DNA from: an uncultured Fibrobacterota bacterium
GTDB taxonomy: Bacteria; Fibrobacterota; Chitinivibrionia; Chitinivibrionales; FEN-1185
Length of the DNA stretch: 64,000 nt
NCBI GenBank assembly: GCA_963729895.1
Contig: CAVSQB010000011.1
Coordinates: forward strand, 96,001 to 160,000
Reading direction: 5' to 3'
Position 1 is the first letter of the stretch; each line of letters begins with the position of its first letter. Made by a program: the position numbers and the translations under genes. The notes under the pieces are model-generated. The model was given only the letters and a program-made list of their open reading frames with translations. It made no database searches and was not told where the DNA came from. This document shows positions 46,661-57,093 of this stretch, piece by piece.

Positions 46661-48136
46661 ATGAAAACGACAGTCGGGCTTGTGCCATTTTCCGTTCTTG
46701 TGCTGGCTGTGCTGTGCACAACTGCATTTTCGTTGCCCAACGGACTCATCGCGTATTATCCTTTTGATGGCGATGCAATGGATTACAGCAACAACGGCAA
46801 CAATGGAACAATTTACGGCCCCACGTGGGTAACCGGGTATTATGGCAGTGCGCTTCACTTCAATGGGGCCGGCGATTATGTGAGCGTTCAGGACAAAGGT
46901 TCGCTTGTAATAACAAATGGCCTTTCCATTTGCGCATGGATCAAGCCTGAGCTCGGCAATATGTGGTATCGCGTTGTGGGAAAATCCAATAGCTCCAATT
47001 CCGATGACTGTTGGGGTATCGGCGAGGCAATGGCCGGGGGCATTTGCTTCACACTTTGGAAAGGCGGCAATCAGACCTACACAAACGGACAAACTCCGCT
47101 CCAAATGAATCAATGGAATCATATTGTTGGAACGTGGGACGGCAGTGTGATGCACATTTATCAAAATGGCGTGCTGCAGCCGGAGACCGAGTATATAACT
47201 CCGCCGATTGACAATTCGGTGAATCCGTTGTACATTGGAAAGCTGCCGAACAACACCTACTATTTCAAAGGTGCGGTTGATGAAGTGATGATATTCAACA
47301 GGGCGTTGTCGGCCAGCGAGGTGGACTCGATCTTTCGTGGGACGTATCTCACTGATTCAACGACGCCCGTTGTTGTGCCGTACGTTCCCAAAGTAACCCT
47401 TGATCGGCGGCCGCGATTCGTCTGGCATCCGGTTTCTCTGGGTGCACAATATACCCTGGCGGTTTCGGATACTGCCTCCTTTACAAATCCCGTCATACTT
47501 CTTCCCCTGAGCGACACGGTTTACGCTCCTGACGCCGACCTGCCAATCGGTCCCATTCGCTGGCGCGTAAGACTTAATACCGGCACACGGTGGTCTCAGC
47601 CGGACAACTTCGTTATCCAATCGGACAGCGTTCCATTTCTGGTACGTTTCAATGGAGGTCTTGTGAACAATGTTCGGCCTACTTTTTCGTGGTATTCGGT
47701 GAGCCAGACAACTGCCTACAGGATCGAAATGGCCAACAATCCGCTGTTCACAAATACGCTGGTCACGCTTGTCTCCGATACCACATTTATCCCTCTGGCA
47801 GACCTTGCCCCCGGGTTATGGTTCTGGAGAGTGAGCAGCAGCAGAAACTATTCTCTCTTTTGTGTTCCGGACAGTTTTCAAATAGTACCGGTTTCCGTTA
47901 TTGAAAAACGGTACAGCATGTCGAGTGGGAAGGTCGCAGGTTTTATTCCTGGCGGCAGTCTGTGCATATATTCGTTGAGCGGCCGTAAGGTTGCGGATAT
48001 CGTTCATGTCAACGGACACACCGGGGTCGATGAATGCCTGGCTGCCTCGCGCATTCAGCTTTCACCCGGAGTTTACTTTGCGGTAACAACGATAAACGGA
48101 ATGGGTTCCCAAACCTTCCGGTTTCTGCATCGCTGA
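46661..48136 (+). CDS. Secreted LamG/ConA-like domain protein with Ig/Fn3-like repeats and a T9SS-like C-terminal domain
   Basis: Signal peptide; LamG pattern GLIAYYPFDG...WNHIVGTWDG...YQNG...FKGAVDEVMIFNRALS; two P.F.W...Y...WRV repeats; IYSLSGRKV...LSPGVYF tail. Confidence 0.82.
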   Translation: MKTTVGLVPFSVLVLAVLCTTAFSLPNGLIAYYPFDGDAMDYSNNGNNGTIYGPTWVTGYYGSALHFNGAGDYVSVQDKGSLVITNGLSICAWIKPELGNMWYRVVGKSNSSNSDDCWGIGEAMAGGICFTLWKGGNQTYTNGQTPLQMNQWNHIVGTWDGSVMHIYQNGVLQPETEYITPPIDNSVNPLYIGKLPNNTYYFKGAVDEVMIFNRALSASEVDSIFRGTYLTDSTTPVVVPYVPKVTLDRRPRFVWHPVSLGAQYTLAVSDTASFTNPVILLPLSDTVYAPDADLPIGPIRWRVRLNTGTRWSQPDNFVIQSDSVPFLVRFNGGLVNNVRPTFSWYSVSQTTAYRIEMANNPLFTNTLVTLVSDTTFIPLADLAPGLWFWRVSSSRNYSLFCVPDSFQIVPVSVIEKRYSMSSGKVAGFIPGGSLCIYSLSGRKVADIVHVNGHTGVDECLAASRIQLSPGVYFAVTTINGMGSQTFRFLHR

Positions 48137-48153
48137 TCGCTCCGCTGCACCGC

Positions 48154-48197
48154 CACATCGGGCATGTGCCAATAGCCGAACGCACATGCCCGATGTG
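48154..48197. terminator. 16-bp perfect stem-loop downstream of the LamG gene
   Basis: CACATCGGGCATGTGC / GCACATGCCCGATGTG with a 12-nt loop. There is no U-tract. Confidence 0.5.
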
Positions 48198-48337
48198 TAC
48201 GGGCGTTGCCCGCCGACCCAGGGGTTCACTTTATATTCCCGACGCTTGTTATTCTCCGGCCAATCTGGTATTTTTCTGACTCCCCAATCATCGTATTCCA
48301 AGAAAAACATTCACGAATCTTCCAAAGGAGCTCTATC

Positions 48338-49552
48338 GTGGCACAATTAGTCGGAAAGGCAGTCATCGCACAAGGAGGCGGTCCGACCGCGGTCATTAAT
48401 CAGAGTCTCGCCGGCGCGGTCCTCCAGGCGAGAAAGTACGCCTGCATCGAAAACGTCTATGGTGCGCTCCACGGCGTGAGCGGCATCGTGAAAGAGGATT
48501 TTCTCGATCTTGCGCAGGCAACGACGATCAATCTGGAAAAAGTCGCGCTTTCCCCCTCGTCGGCCATGCTTTCCACCCGCGACAAACCCAACGAGGAATA
48601 CTGCCAGAAGATCTTCAAGGTTCTCAAGGCTCACGGCGTGAGGTACTTCTACTATATCGGCGGCAACGATTCCGCCGATACGTGCAAGATCGTGAGCGAA
48701 AACGCAAAGAAGGCGGGATACGAATTGCGTGTGGTCCACATACCGAAGACCATAGACAACGATTTGCGGGTCACCGACCACTGCCCGGGTTTCGGCTCGG
48801 CCGGCCGGTTCGTGAGCCTGGCTTTTGCGGGTCTCAACCTTGACAACCGCAGCCTTCCCGGCGTGTACATCGCCGTCATCATGGGCCGCAACGCCGGATT
48901 TCTCACCGCGGCCTCGGTATTCGCCAGGAAGTACCCGGACGACGGCCCGCATTGCATCTACGTGCCGGAAAAACCCTTCAGCCAGGACAAGTTCCTTGCC
49001 GATGTCGACAAATACTATAAACAGTACGGAAGATGCATCATCGCCGCGTCGGAAGGCATCGCCGACAAAGACGGAACGCCGATCATCGCGGCTTTGACAA
49101 AGAGTAATGAGCAGGACGCTCACGGGAATGTGCAGCTGTCCGGCACGGGCGCCCTGGGCGACGCGCTGGCGGGACTCGTGAAAGACAAACTCAAGATCAA
49201 ACGCGTGCGCTGCGACACGTTCGGCTATCTGCAGCGGAGTTTCTTGGGTGTTGTTTCTGAAATTGACGCGCAGGAAGCGCGCGAGGTGGGGGAGAAGGCA
49301 GTCCAGTTTTCGGTGTGCGGGGATACCGACGGCAGCGTAGCCATCCGGAGGACGGGCCAGTACTCGGTTGACTATTTTCTCACGCCGCTTGATACCGTTG
49401 CCCGCGACACCAAGAAAATGGCCGACGGGTTTATCGACGCGGAGAACTCGACGGTCACGGAGGCATTCAAAGAGTACGCGGGCCCGCTTGTGGGAGCCAT
49501 GCCTGAATACGATCGCATTTCCGCCCCGCCGGTGGGCAAGTTGCTTTCGTAG
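48338..49552 (+). CDS. pfp: 6-phosphofructokinase, probably PPi-dependent
   Basis: QGGGPTAVIN, GGNDS (Asp at the PPi-determining position), PKTIDND (Lys), MGRNAG and GYLQR. GTG start after an AAGGAG RBS. Confidence 0.88.
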   Translation: MAQLVGKAVIAQGGGPTAVINQSLAGAVLQARKYACIENVYGALHGVSGIVKEDFLDLAQATTINLEKVALSPSSAMLSTRDKPNEEYCQKIFKVLKAHGVRYFYYIGGNDSADTCKIVSENAKKAGYELRVVHIPKTIDNDLRVTDHCPGFGSAGRFVSLAFAGLNLDNRSLPGVYIAVIMGRNAGFLTAASVFARKYPDDGPHCIYVPEKPFSQDKFLADVDKYYKQYGRCIIAASEGIADKDGTPIIAALTKSNEQDAHGNVQLSGTGALGDALAGLVKDKLKIKRVRCDTFGYLQRSFLGVVSEIDAQEAREVGEKAVQFSVCGDTDGSVAIRRTGQYSVDYFLTPLDTVARDTKKMADGFIDAENSTVTEAFKEYAGPLVGAMPEYDRISAPPVGKLLS

Positions 49553-49651
49553 CGGTGGGCCGCGGTTGATTCGGGAAGCTCGAAACAGAAAGCCCGGGGC
49601 GCATCGCCGTTTTGCGCCTGTTTCTTCATTAAAGGACGACTGGACGGATGC

Positions 49652-50488
49652 TTGAATAGTCTTGTAGCCCTGCACAAAAGCATTTTCTCAGGAGAGTTCT
49701 ACAAAGATGTCGTGGAGATGCGGGCCCGGGGTGTCGTAAAATTCCTGTTTCTGGTCTGCCTCGGAACCGCTCTCATCTGCGGCTTGTCGCACACGTTTTA
49801 CGCGTTCGACAAGACATCCGGGCTTGCCGCACGGGCTGCGGCGGCGCTTGGCGGCATGGAAATTTCGCGCGGAGCGCTCCTGCCCTACCGGCAAACCCCC
49901 TATGTTCCCGAAAGTTTGCTGGTGTCCGGATTTCTGGAGGCGCTCCTTTTTTTGCCCCGGTCGTACGCCCATCTGCCCGATTCATTTGTGATCGTCGACA
50001 CGTCCGCGAAGGCGTTGTCTCACGTAAGCCCCAATACCATGTTCTTGCTGACCGCCCGTTCTCTCACGGTGAATCCGGGCTCCCCATTCTCATACAGCAA
50101 GAATTATTCCGAGTTGCTCGGCGGGACAGACCTTGTCATGGAAGAACAGGCGCTTCGGAAGGTACTGCTCAAATGGGCAGGGGGGCTGGCCTTATTTTAT
50201 TGCATGTGGACCGGTGTGACGAATGCCGGGGTTTTCCTGGTGAGTATTGCCTTTCTCACATTTGCGGCATATATTTTTAGACTCGAACGTTCGCGGCGCG
50301 GGGGAGAATTTCTCAAGATTGCCAGCTTCGCCGCCTCACCTGTGTATGTCGGGACGAATCTGGTCGCCCTTTCGGGAACGACTGTGGCGTGGACATGGCA
50401 CGTCCTGATTCTCATTTCCACGTTTGTCATGTTCCGCGGCGTTCAACGTACCTCCCGATCCGCCAAAAGGCCCGACATCCAGGAATAG
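49652..50488 (+). CDS. Membrane protein, DUF1189-like
   Basis: One N-terminal TM, a soluble loop containing IVDTS, and three C-terminal TM segments. Confidence 0.5.
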   Translation: MNSLVALHKSIFSGEFYKDVVEMRARGVVKFLFLVCLGTALICGLSHTFYAFDKTSGLAARAAAALGGMEISRGALLPYRQTPYVPESLLVSGFLEALLFLPRSYAHLPDSFVIVDTSAKALSHVSPNTMFLLTARSLTVNPGSPFSYSKNYSELLGGTDLVMEEQALRKVLLKWAGGLALFYCMWTGVTNAGVFLVSIAFLTFAAYIFRLERSRRGGEFLKIASFAASPVYVGTNLVALSGTTVAWTWHVLILISTFVMFRGVQRTSRSAKRPDIQE

Positions 50489-50499
50489 GGAAAACCGGC

Positions 50500-51366
50500 A
50501 TGCTCCTTGGAATCCAGCAGAAGAAAGGGGACGCAAACAAGCTTGACGGCCGTCTCACCGTGTACGCGGTTCTCGATATCGACCCCTCGGATCTTCTCTC
50601 CTTGAAACATCCTATTGCGTCGATGGTCCACAACGGGCTTCTTGTGGCGCAGGGCAACTACCGCGAGCAGAACAACCTGAGGGATTTTCTCAAGTCGGAA
50701 ATGGGTCTGTCGATCGAGGAAGGCCTCGAGGACTTCCTTGACAAACTGGGTGGACTGGAATCCGCGCTCGACCCGGAAAAACTGCGGGAGCGCATAGAGA
50801 ACATAGACGAACTGGAAGATTTTATTCCGACGCCCGCCAAGATCGTTCCGTTTCATTCGGAAACGGACGTGCTTGCCCAGGAAGGGGACGTGTACTTCGC
50901 CGGTTCGTTCAAGAACATCGGCAATGCAATCCTGAGCGTGAATTCCCTTCCCATCCTGTATCAGGCGCGATTCAGGGAACAGGAGATACGCACCGTCCGG
51001 AACGAAATAGAGCAGCTCATCGCCCAAATCGAAAGGAACGCGCCTGCCCGCGAGCGAGTGGTGTCGTCCGACACCAAGGTTGAGGAGAAGATACTCAAGG
51101 AATTTATACCCAACATGCTGTATTGCCGCAAGGAGAAGAAAGTATTCGGCGCGGCGGAAAAGCAGTTCCGGGATTTTCTGCGCGACTACCGCAACAAAGA
51201 GGATATCGACTCCATCGTATCCATCATCGTAGACGAACACGAGCTCACTTCAAGGCACTTCAAGCTGCTTGAACTTTACGCGAAGAAGATTTCCCGGGTC
51301 CAGGAAGAGAATTTTGCCGAGGCGGAGAAACTTCAGAAAGATATAGCGGCGTTGGAGCAGCAATGA
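50500..51366 (+). CDS. Hypothetical acidic protein with a C-terminal UVR (UvrB/C)-like coil
   Basis: Good coding-like ORF ending in VQEENFAEAEKLQKDIAALE. ATG 50500 is preferred. Confidence 0.6.
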   Translation: MLLGIQQKKGDANKLDGRLTVYAVLDIDPSDLLSLKHPIASMVHNGLLVAQGNYREQNNLRDFLKSEMGLSIEEGLEDFLDKLGGLESALDPEKLRERIENIDELEDFIPTPAKIVPFHSETDVLAQEGDVYFAGSFKNIGNAILSVNSLPILYQARFREQEIRTVRNEIEQLIAQIERNAPARERVVSSDTKVEEKILKEFIPNMLYCRKEKKVFGAAEKQFRDFLRDYRNKEDIDSIVSIIVDEHELTSRHFKLLELYAKKISRVQEENFAEAEKLQKDIAALEQQ

Positions 51367-51470
51367 GATGAGTCCTTCCCGTGGCGCCCTGCACCTTGCT
51401 CCGCCGTTCTTGCACATTGACAAAATACTATTTTGTACCACGCAGTACCCGGTGAAACGGAAGTAAGAAC

Positions 51471-53174
51471 ATGCTTTTCGGCAAGCGCGACAGAACAAAG
51501 GACATCGAGAACGACCCGCGCCTGATGTCCCTCATTGTCAAGCAAACATGGATCATCACCCTTGTGACTGATGCCGCGGGCGTTATTCTCTACGCAAACG
51601 ACCGTGCCGAACATGAGCTCAAGCTCTCCCGTGATTCGTTGAACGGCCAAACGATGGAGTCCCTTTTGTCCGACACGGGCGACGGTATCTCCTGGAAGGA
51701 ACTCCAGGCGCGCCTCGCCGGCGACGCAGTGTGCGAGGCAAAGGTATTCTTGCTCTGTGAAGGCGGGGCCGAGCTTGCCTGCTCCCTCCACGCGTTTGCA
51801 GCCGGGACCGGCGCGTCAAACGGGAACGTGTTCGTCCTTCAGTTCAAGGACGTCACCGGCGAGATCAAGTCGGTCGACCAGATTGAACGTAAAAACATCG
51901 AGATGGCAAAGATCAACACCGAGCTCATCAGGTCAAACGCGGAACTCAAACGCGTGAGCGAGTTGAAATCGAACTTCCTCAGCATTGCCTCGCACGAACT
52001 CAAGACGCCGCTTACCTCCATCAAGGGATACTCCGACATCATCATCGACACCATGAAAGACAAGATGGATGCGAGCATATTCCGGATGATCGAGAGCATC
52101 AATCGCGCCGCCGACAGGCTCCACCGGGTTGTCAACAACATCCTGGACGTCACGCGGATCGAACAGAAACGCCTGCGCCTGAAGCCTGAAACAATGGAAC
52201 TTGCGGTGGTTGCCCGCGAATGCATCGAGGAGCTTTCACAGTTTTCCTCCAAAAGAAACATCAGGTTCGAATGCATCGTCCAGGAGAACCTTCCGGTCTT
52301 CCTCGGTGACACTATGCGAATGCAGCAGGTGTTTGCCAACCTGTTTTCAAACGCCCTCAAATTCTCTCCGGACAATTCTACCGTTGAGGTGAAAATCGGC
52401 TTGCTTAATAAATCTGAGTTTCATATAATTGTGAAGGACCAGGGGATCGGCATAGAAAAAGCGGAACAGAAGAAGATCTTCGACCCGTTTTACGAGGTGG
52501 CGAACGCAAACCGGCACAGCACCGACCTCTCCAAGTTCATGGGAGGCGGCACGGGGCTGGGCTTGTCGATAGTCAAAGGAATCGTGGAGCGTCACGGCGG
52601 CAGGATGTGGGTTGAAAGCGACGGGCCGTCGGATGCCGTCAAGTTTCCCGGGAGCGAATTTCACGTGATCCTGCCCATACAGGCCACCATCGAATGGGAC
52701 GACGACGAAACGCGCACCATCAAACTGGCCGAGCTTCACGAGGAGAGGATTCGGGAAAGGGATTCCGCGGAGGAGAATGTGGAGAAGAAGCCGCTTATCC
52801 TCTTCATCGACAGCGACAGGGAAGCGATTGAGATCTCAAAGATGGTGCTGGAGAACGCGTTTGAAATTCTCGTCGCCGAAACGGGTGAAATCGGGCTCAC
52901 CATGGCGTTCGACCAACTGCCCTCGGTGATTCTTGTTGATTCTTTTCTTCCGGGAATGGACGGCTACAGGGTTTGCAGGATCCTGCGCAGCCAGGATGAA
53001 ACAAAGGGCATTCCCATCGCGTTTTTCTCGGCCGGATCGCAGAGCAGCGAAATTCAGAAATGTTTCGCGTCCGGGGCGGACGACTTTATTGTCAAGCCGT
53101 TCTCGGGCAAGGAATTGGTGGAAAAAATCTGGCGGCTGCTGATGAAGAAGAAAGAACAGCAGAATTTCAAGTAG
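51471..53174 (+). CDS. PAS hybrid histidine kinase (PAS - HisKA/HATPase - REC)
   Basis: ASHELKTP, NALKFS, DQGIG, GTGLGL, and receiver motifs LVDSFLPGMDG...GADDFIVKPF. Confidence 0.93.
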   Translation: MLFGKRDRTKDIENDPRLMSLIVKQTWIITLVTDAAGVILYANDRAEHELKLSRDSLNGQTMESLLSDTGDGISWKELQARLAGDAVCEAKVFLLCEGGAELACSLHAFAAGTGASNGNVFVLQFKDVTGEIKSVDQIERKNIEMAKINTELIRSNAELKRVSELKSNFLSIASHELKTPLTSIKGYSDIIIDTMKDKMDASIFRMIESINRAADRLHRVVNNILDVTRIEQKRLRLKPETMELAVVARECIEELSQFSSKRNIRFECIVQENLPVFLGDTMRMQQVFANLFSNALKFSPDNSTVEVKIGLLNKSEFHIIVKDQGIGIEKAEQKKIFDPFYEVANANRHSTDLSKFMGGGTGLGLSIVKGIVERHGGRMWVESDGPSDAVKFPGSEFHVILPIQATIEWDDDETRTIKLAELHEERIRERDSAEENVEKKPLILFIDSDREAIEISKMVLENAFEILVAETGEIGLTMAFDQLPSVILVDSFLPGMDGYRVCRILRSQDETKGIPIAFFSAGSQSSEIQKCFASGADDFIVKPFSGKELVEKIWRLLMKKKEQQNFK

Positions 53175-53194
53175 GATCCCGCCGGGCCCGGCTC

Positions 53195-53235
53195 AACAAA
53201 AGAGGAATGGACACGTTTTCCATTCCTCTTTTGTT
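53195..53235. terminator. Bidirectional intrinsic terminator
   Basis: AACAAAAGAGGAATGGA ... TCCATTCCTCTTTTGTT (17-bp inverted repeat) between convergent genes. Confidence 0.8.
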
Positions 53236-53256
53236 TCCATACTGCAAGAACGGAAC

Positions 53257-53706
53257 CTACTTGGTCTGCCGCTCCACCGTCTCCCTGTCAACGTTCTCGC
53301 GAAGCGCATCCGCAAATGATCGATCGAGCTTGATGGGGTCTGCGTTGGGGTTATCGGCGTCTATGATGTAAACCGGAGTCGGATTATCGAGATATCCGAT
53401 AACATCCGCATCGTCGAACACAAAAGTCTTGCTTTTGCCGGTAGCCACCACGAGCCGCTTCTCAACCCACCCGATTTCGCCGTCGCCTTTTTGCACTTTG
53501 TAATGCTGCCTGCCTTCCGACAGAACGACCAGCTTGTCGCTGGTCCCTACCGTGAACACCGGCTTCTCGTAGAGTTCGCGGATTTCGTTCTTGAACACGC
53601 CGACATCTTCCTTGGTGGGCGTCACAAACCTTTGGGCGTCCTTTGCACTGAACGCAAGGCTTGCAAAAAGTCCGATCAGGATAACCGTCGTGATTTTTAA
53701 CCGCAT
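53257..53706 (-). CDS. Secreted protein with an SH3b-like domain
   Basis: Signal peptide (…SLAFSA) followed by KLVVL...YKVQ..DGEIGWV, an SH3b pattern. Confidence 0.6.
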   Translation of the reverse strand: MRLKITTVILIGLFASLAFSAKDAQRFVTPTKEDVGVFKNEIRELYEKPVFTVGTSDKLVVLSEGRQHYKVQKGDGEIGWVEKRLVVATGKSKTFVFDDADVIGYLDNPTPVYIIDADNPNADPIKLDRSFADALRENVDRETVERQTK

Positions 53707-53815
53707 AACTTTCTCCTTTTCTAAATACGCCTCAAGACACTTTCTCTGCTAATTATAAATGATTTATGGAACAAAAGCAAGTGAGAAACGGTCGCCGTTA
53801 CCTCCTTTTTCCCGT

Positions 53816-55270
53816 TCAACTGCCGCAAAACGAAAAGTCCATGTCACGGGCGGCCTTGACCTCGTCGAGACGACCCACCGGTGTTGTTACCGGCGCATCG
53901 TGCAAAAGGGCCGGGTTCAGAAGAGCCTCCCCGGCAACGGAGTTCATGGCCGCAACAAATGCATCAAGGGTTTCCTTGCTTTCGGTTTCGGTCGGCTCGA
54001 TCATCAGGGCTTCCCGGACAATAAGTGGAAAGTAGACCGTCGGCGGATGAAACCCCAAGTCGATCAGCCGCTTTGCGATGTCCAAAGCGCTTATGCCTGC
54101 CTTTGCCTGCCCCATTGCCGAAACCACACATTCGTGCATGCATGTTCTCGGGTAGGGAACATGGTACGACTTCTTCAAACAGTTCATAACATAATTCGCA
54201 TTGAGCACCGCGTTATTGCTCACCTCGGCAAGGCCTTCGCGGCCGAGCAGCAGGATATAGGCGTAGGCTCTAAGGCATACGCCGAAATTGCCGTAGAACG
54301 GGGCAATGTACCCAATTGACTTAGGAAAATTGTAATTGAGCGAATAGGTGTTGTCGGGCCGCTTCACGATGCGCGACACAGGAAGAAACTCTTCCAGGAA
54401 CTTTTTGACGCCCACCGGACCCGCGCCGGGTCCGCCGCCGCCATGGGGCGTTCCGAACGTCTTGTGCAGGTTGATGTGCATCACGTCGAAACTGGCGTCG
54501 CCGGGCCGGAATTTGCCGAGAATGGCGTTGAGATTCGCGCCGTCGTAGTAAAGCAGGGCGTCGTGTTTATGCGCGCAGTCGGCGATCTTTCCGATTTGGG
54601 AATTGAAAATCCCGAGCGTGTTCGGATTTGTCATCATGACGGCGGCCGTGTGAGGGCCGATCATGGCTTCGAGCGTGGCAAGGTCGATGACGCCCGTTGC
54701 CGGATTTGTGGGAACGGGCGTCACGCGGTACCCGGCGATTGCCGCGCTGGAAGGATTGGTCCCGTGCGCTTCGTCCGGGATGAGCACCTCGTTCTTGTCG
54801 TTGCCCTTGTCCCGGTGATACGCGGCGATGAGCATCATGCCCGTCAGTTCGCCGTGCGCGCCGGCCATGGGTTGAAGGGTAAACGCGTCCATGCCCGACA
54901 GTTCACACAGGAGACGTTCCAGTTCGTAAAGAACGGCCAGCGCGCCTTGGGTAAGCATGCCGCCCCGCCTGAGTTGCGGCAGCAGGGGATGGAGCGAGCA
55001 GAACCCTTCGAGTTGGGCGATCTTTTCGCAGATCTTCGGGTTGTATTTCATGGTGCAGGAGCCCAGAGGATAGAAATTGGTGTCCACGCCGTAGTTCATG
55101 CGCGACAAAGCCGTAAAATGCCGTACCACGTCAAGCTCCGATAATTCGCACAGATCGGCGTCGGTCTTCCTGCGGTATTTTTCTTCAACGGCGACGGTTG
55201 TCGGAACGTCGAGTGCGGGGAGCGACACGCCTTTTCTCCCGCTCACCGATTTCCTGAAGATTATGTCCAT
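53816..55270 (-). CDS. gcvPB: Glycine dehydrogenase (decarboxylating) subunit 2
   Basis: Motifs FYPLGSCTMKYNPK, QP.AGAHGE, HINLHKTFGTPHGGGGPG (PLP Lys) and MIEPTETESKE. Confidence 0.97.
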   Translation of the reverse strand: MDIIFRKSVSGRKGVSLPALDVPTTVAVEEKYRRKTDADLCELSELDVVRHFTALSRMNYGVDTNFYPLGSCTMKYNPKICEKIAQLEGFCSLHPLLPQLRRGGMLTQGALAVLYELERLLCELSGMDAFTLQPMAGAHGELTGMMLIAAYHRDKGNDKNEVLIPDEAHGTNPSSAAIAGYRVTPVPTNPATGVIDLATLEAMIGPHTAAVMMTNPNTLGIFNSQIGKIADCAHKHDALLYYDGANLNAILGKFRPGDASFDVMHINLHKTFGTPHGGGGPGAGPVGVKKFLEEFLPVSRIVKRPDNTYSLNYNFPKSIGYIAPFYGNFGVCLRAYAYILLLGREGLAEVSNNAVLNANYVMNCLKKSYHVPYPRTCMHECVVSAMGQAKAGISALDIAKRLIDLGFHPPTVYFPLIVREALMIEPTETESKETLDAFVAAMNSVAGEALLNPALLHDAPVTTPVGRLDEVKAARDMDFSFCGS

Positions 55271-55331
55271 GATCTCTCTCTTGTTCCTCACTGCTATAGT
55301 CGTGCATTTGCAGACAATGGTTCACGCCGCG

Positions 55332-56672
55332 TTACATAGTCATCAAAACGTGTTCCAGGGTTTCGGCAAACGACCCGATTTCAAATTTCGTCCGCTTTTC
55401 CGTTACTGCAACAAGGAGGTAATTGTCCATTTCGGGGTAATACCTGCCGAGCGGAAATCCCGGCGCAAACCCGTGTTCTATCATCTTGCCGACCACCTCG
55501 GCGGCATCGATGGGGAGCCTGAGCGTGAACTCGTTGAAGGTCGGGCTCGATTCCATCAGCTTGACACCCGGAACCGCCTTGAGCCTTTCCTTTGCATACC
55601 GGGCCTTGTTGAGGCACAGGGACGCCACATCCTTGAGGCCCTGCTTTCCAAGAAGGCTCAGGTAGGCGTGGGCCCGCAAAGCGCACAGGGCCTCGTTCGT
55701 GCAGATGTTCGACGCGGCCTTTTCCCGCCGTATGTGCTGTTCACGCGCCTGGAGCGTGAGCACAAAACCCTGCCTTCCTGTACCGTCAACCGTTCTCCCC
55801 ACCAGCCTTCCGGGCATTTTGCGAACGAGTTTCCTGGATGTTGCCATGAACCCGAGGTACGGTCCGCCGAACGACAGCGGCAATCCCAGCGACTGGCCTT
55901 CGCCGGTTGCGATGTCGATGCCGATCTCCCCCGGGGACTTGAGAAGCGCGAGCGCGATCGGATAGACCGATTGAATGGCAAGGATCCCCATGGAATGACA
56001 TGTGGCGACGATGTCGCTCTGGTCGTCCATCACGCCGAAGAAGTTCGGGTTCTGCACTATGACCGCTGCGGTGTTCGAGTCCAGCGCGTCAAAGACCCGG
56101 GCCCTGTCGCTCTGCCCGTGGGAAACGGGAATCTCGTGGAATTCGATTGATAAATTGGCAGTATAGCAGTACAACATTTTACGGTAAATGGGGTTTACGC
56201 CGCCGTCAACGATGACCTTGGGGCGCCCCGTGGCCCGTATGGCCATCTGGCACGCTTCGTAGAGCGCGGTACCGCCGTCGTACATCGATGCGTTGGTCAC
56301 TTCCATTCCGGTGAGACGGCATATGTCCGACTGATACTCGTAAATGGCCTGGAGCGTTCCCTGGGAGATCTCCGGCTGGTAAGGAGTGTAGGCGGTGTAA
56401 AATTCGCTGCGCCCCGCAATCGCATCCACCGCGGCCGGAATGAAGTGGTCGTAGAACCCGCCTCCGATAAAATTGATAAGGTGCGAATAGTTCTGCGAAG
56501 CGAGCCCGGACAACGCCGCAAAAACCTCCTGCTCCGATTTGCCTTCGGGCAGGGCAAAGGACCTCGGCCTCAGGTTTTGCGGGATGTCGGCGAAGAGTTG
56601 GTCCACCGACGAAACGCCGCATGTTTCGAGCATTTCCGCCTGCTGCGCCCCGGTGTTTGAAATGTAGCTCAT
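55332..56672 (-). CDS. gcvPA: Glycine dehydrogenase (decarboxylating) subunit 1
   Basis: Motifs FYTAYTPYQPEISQGTLQ, NASMYDG, GGPYLG and REQHIRREKA.SNICTN. Confidence 0.97.
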   Translation of the reverse strand: MSYISNTGAQQAEMLETCGVSSVDQLFADIPQNLRPRSFALPEGKSEQEVFAALSGLASQNYSHLINFIGGGFYDHFIPAAVDAIAGRSEFYTAYTPYQPEISQGTLQAIYEYQSDICRLTGMEVTNASMYDGGTALYEACQMAIRATGRPKVIVDGGVNPIYRKMLYCYTANLSIEFHEIPVSHGQSDRARVFDALDSNTAAVIVQNPNFFGVMDDQSDIVATCHSMGILAIQSVYPIALALLKSPGEIGIDIATGEGQSLGLPLSFGGPYLGFMATSRKLVRKMPGRLVGRTVDGTGRQGFVLTLQAREQHIRREKAASNICTNEALCALRAHAYLSLLGKQGLKDVASLCLNKARYAKERLKAVPGVKLMESSPTFNEFTLRLPIDAAEVVGKMIEHGFAPGFPLGRYYPEMDNYLLVAVTEKRTKFEIGSFAETLEHVLMTM

Positions 56673-57064
56673 TTCTCCGACTCCGCAAAGGCGTCGTAGG
56701 CTGCCGCATCCATGAGGCCGGAGACCTCTGCCGGGTCGAAATTCTTGATTTTAAAGAGCCATGCCGATCCGTAGGGGTCTTTGTTTATCGCCTCGGGCTT
56801 GGTGTCAAGCGACGAGTTTACTTCTGATATTTCTCCGGACACGGGAGCGTAGATGTCGCTCGCGGCCTTCACGGATTCGATGACCGAGCAGCTTTCGCCC
56901 TTCCCGACCTTCTTCCCGATTTTCGGCAATTCGATGAATGTGATGTCTCCCAGAGCTTTTTGGGCATGGTCGGAAATCCCGACTACGGCAAGGTCGGCTT
57001 CGATCTTTACCCACTCGTGCGATTTGGCGTACTTCCTGTCGCCGGGCGTCGGTGCGGGTGACAT
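56669..57064 (-). CDS. gcvH: Glycine cleavage system H protein
   Basis: HEWV, GISDHAQ..LGD, ESVKAAS (lipoyl Lys) and N.DPYG..W. ATG 57064 follows a GAGG RBS. Confidence 0.97.
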   Translation of the reverse strand: MSPAPTPGDRKYAKSHEWVKIEADLAVVGISDHAQKALGDITFIELPKIGKKVGKGESCSVIESVKAASDIYAPVSGEISEVNSSLDTKPEAINKDPYGSAWLFKIKNFDPAEVSGLMDAAAYDAFAESEK

Positions 57065-57093
57065 GGGTTCCTCCTTGGTTTTCAATGGTATGG

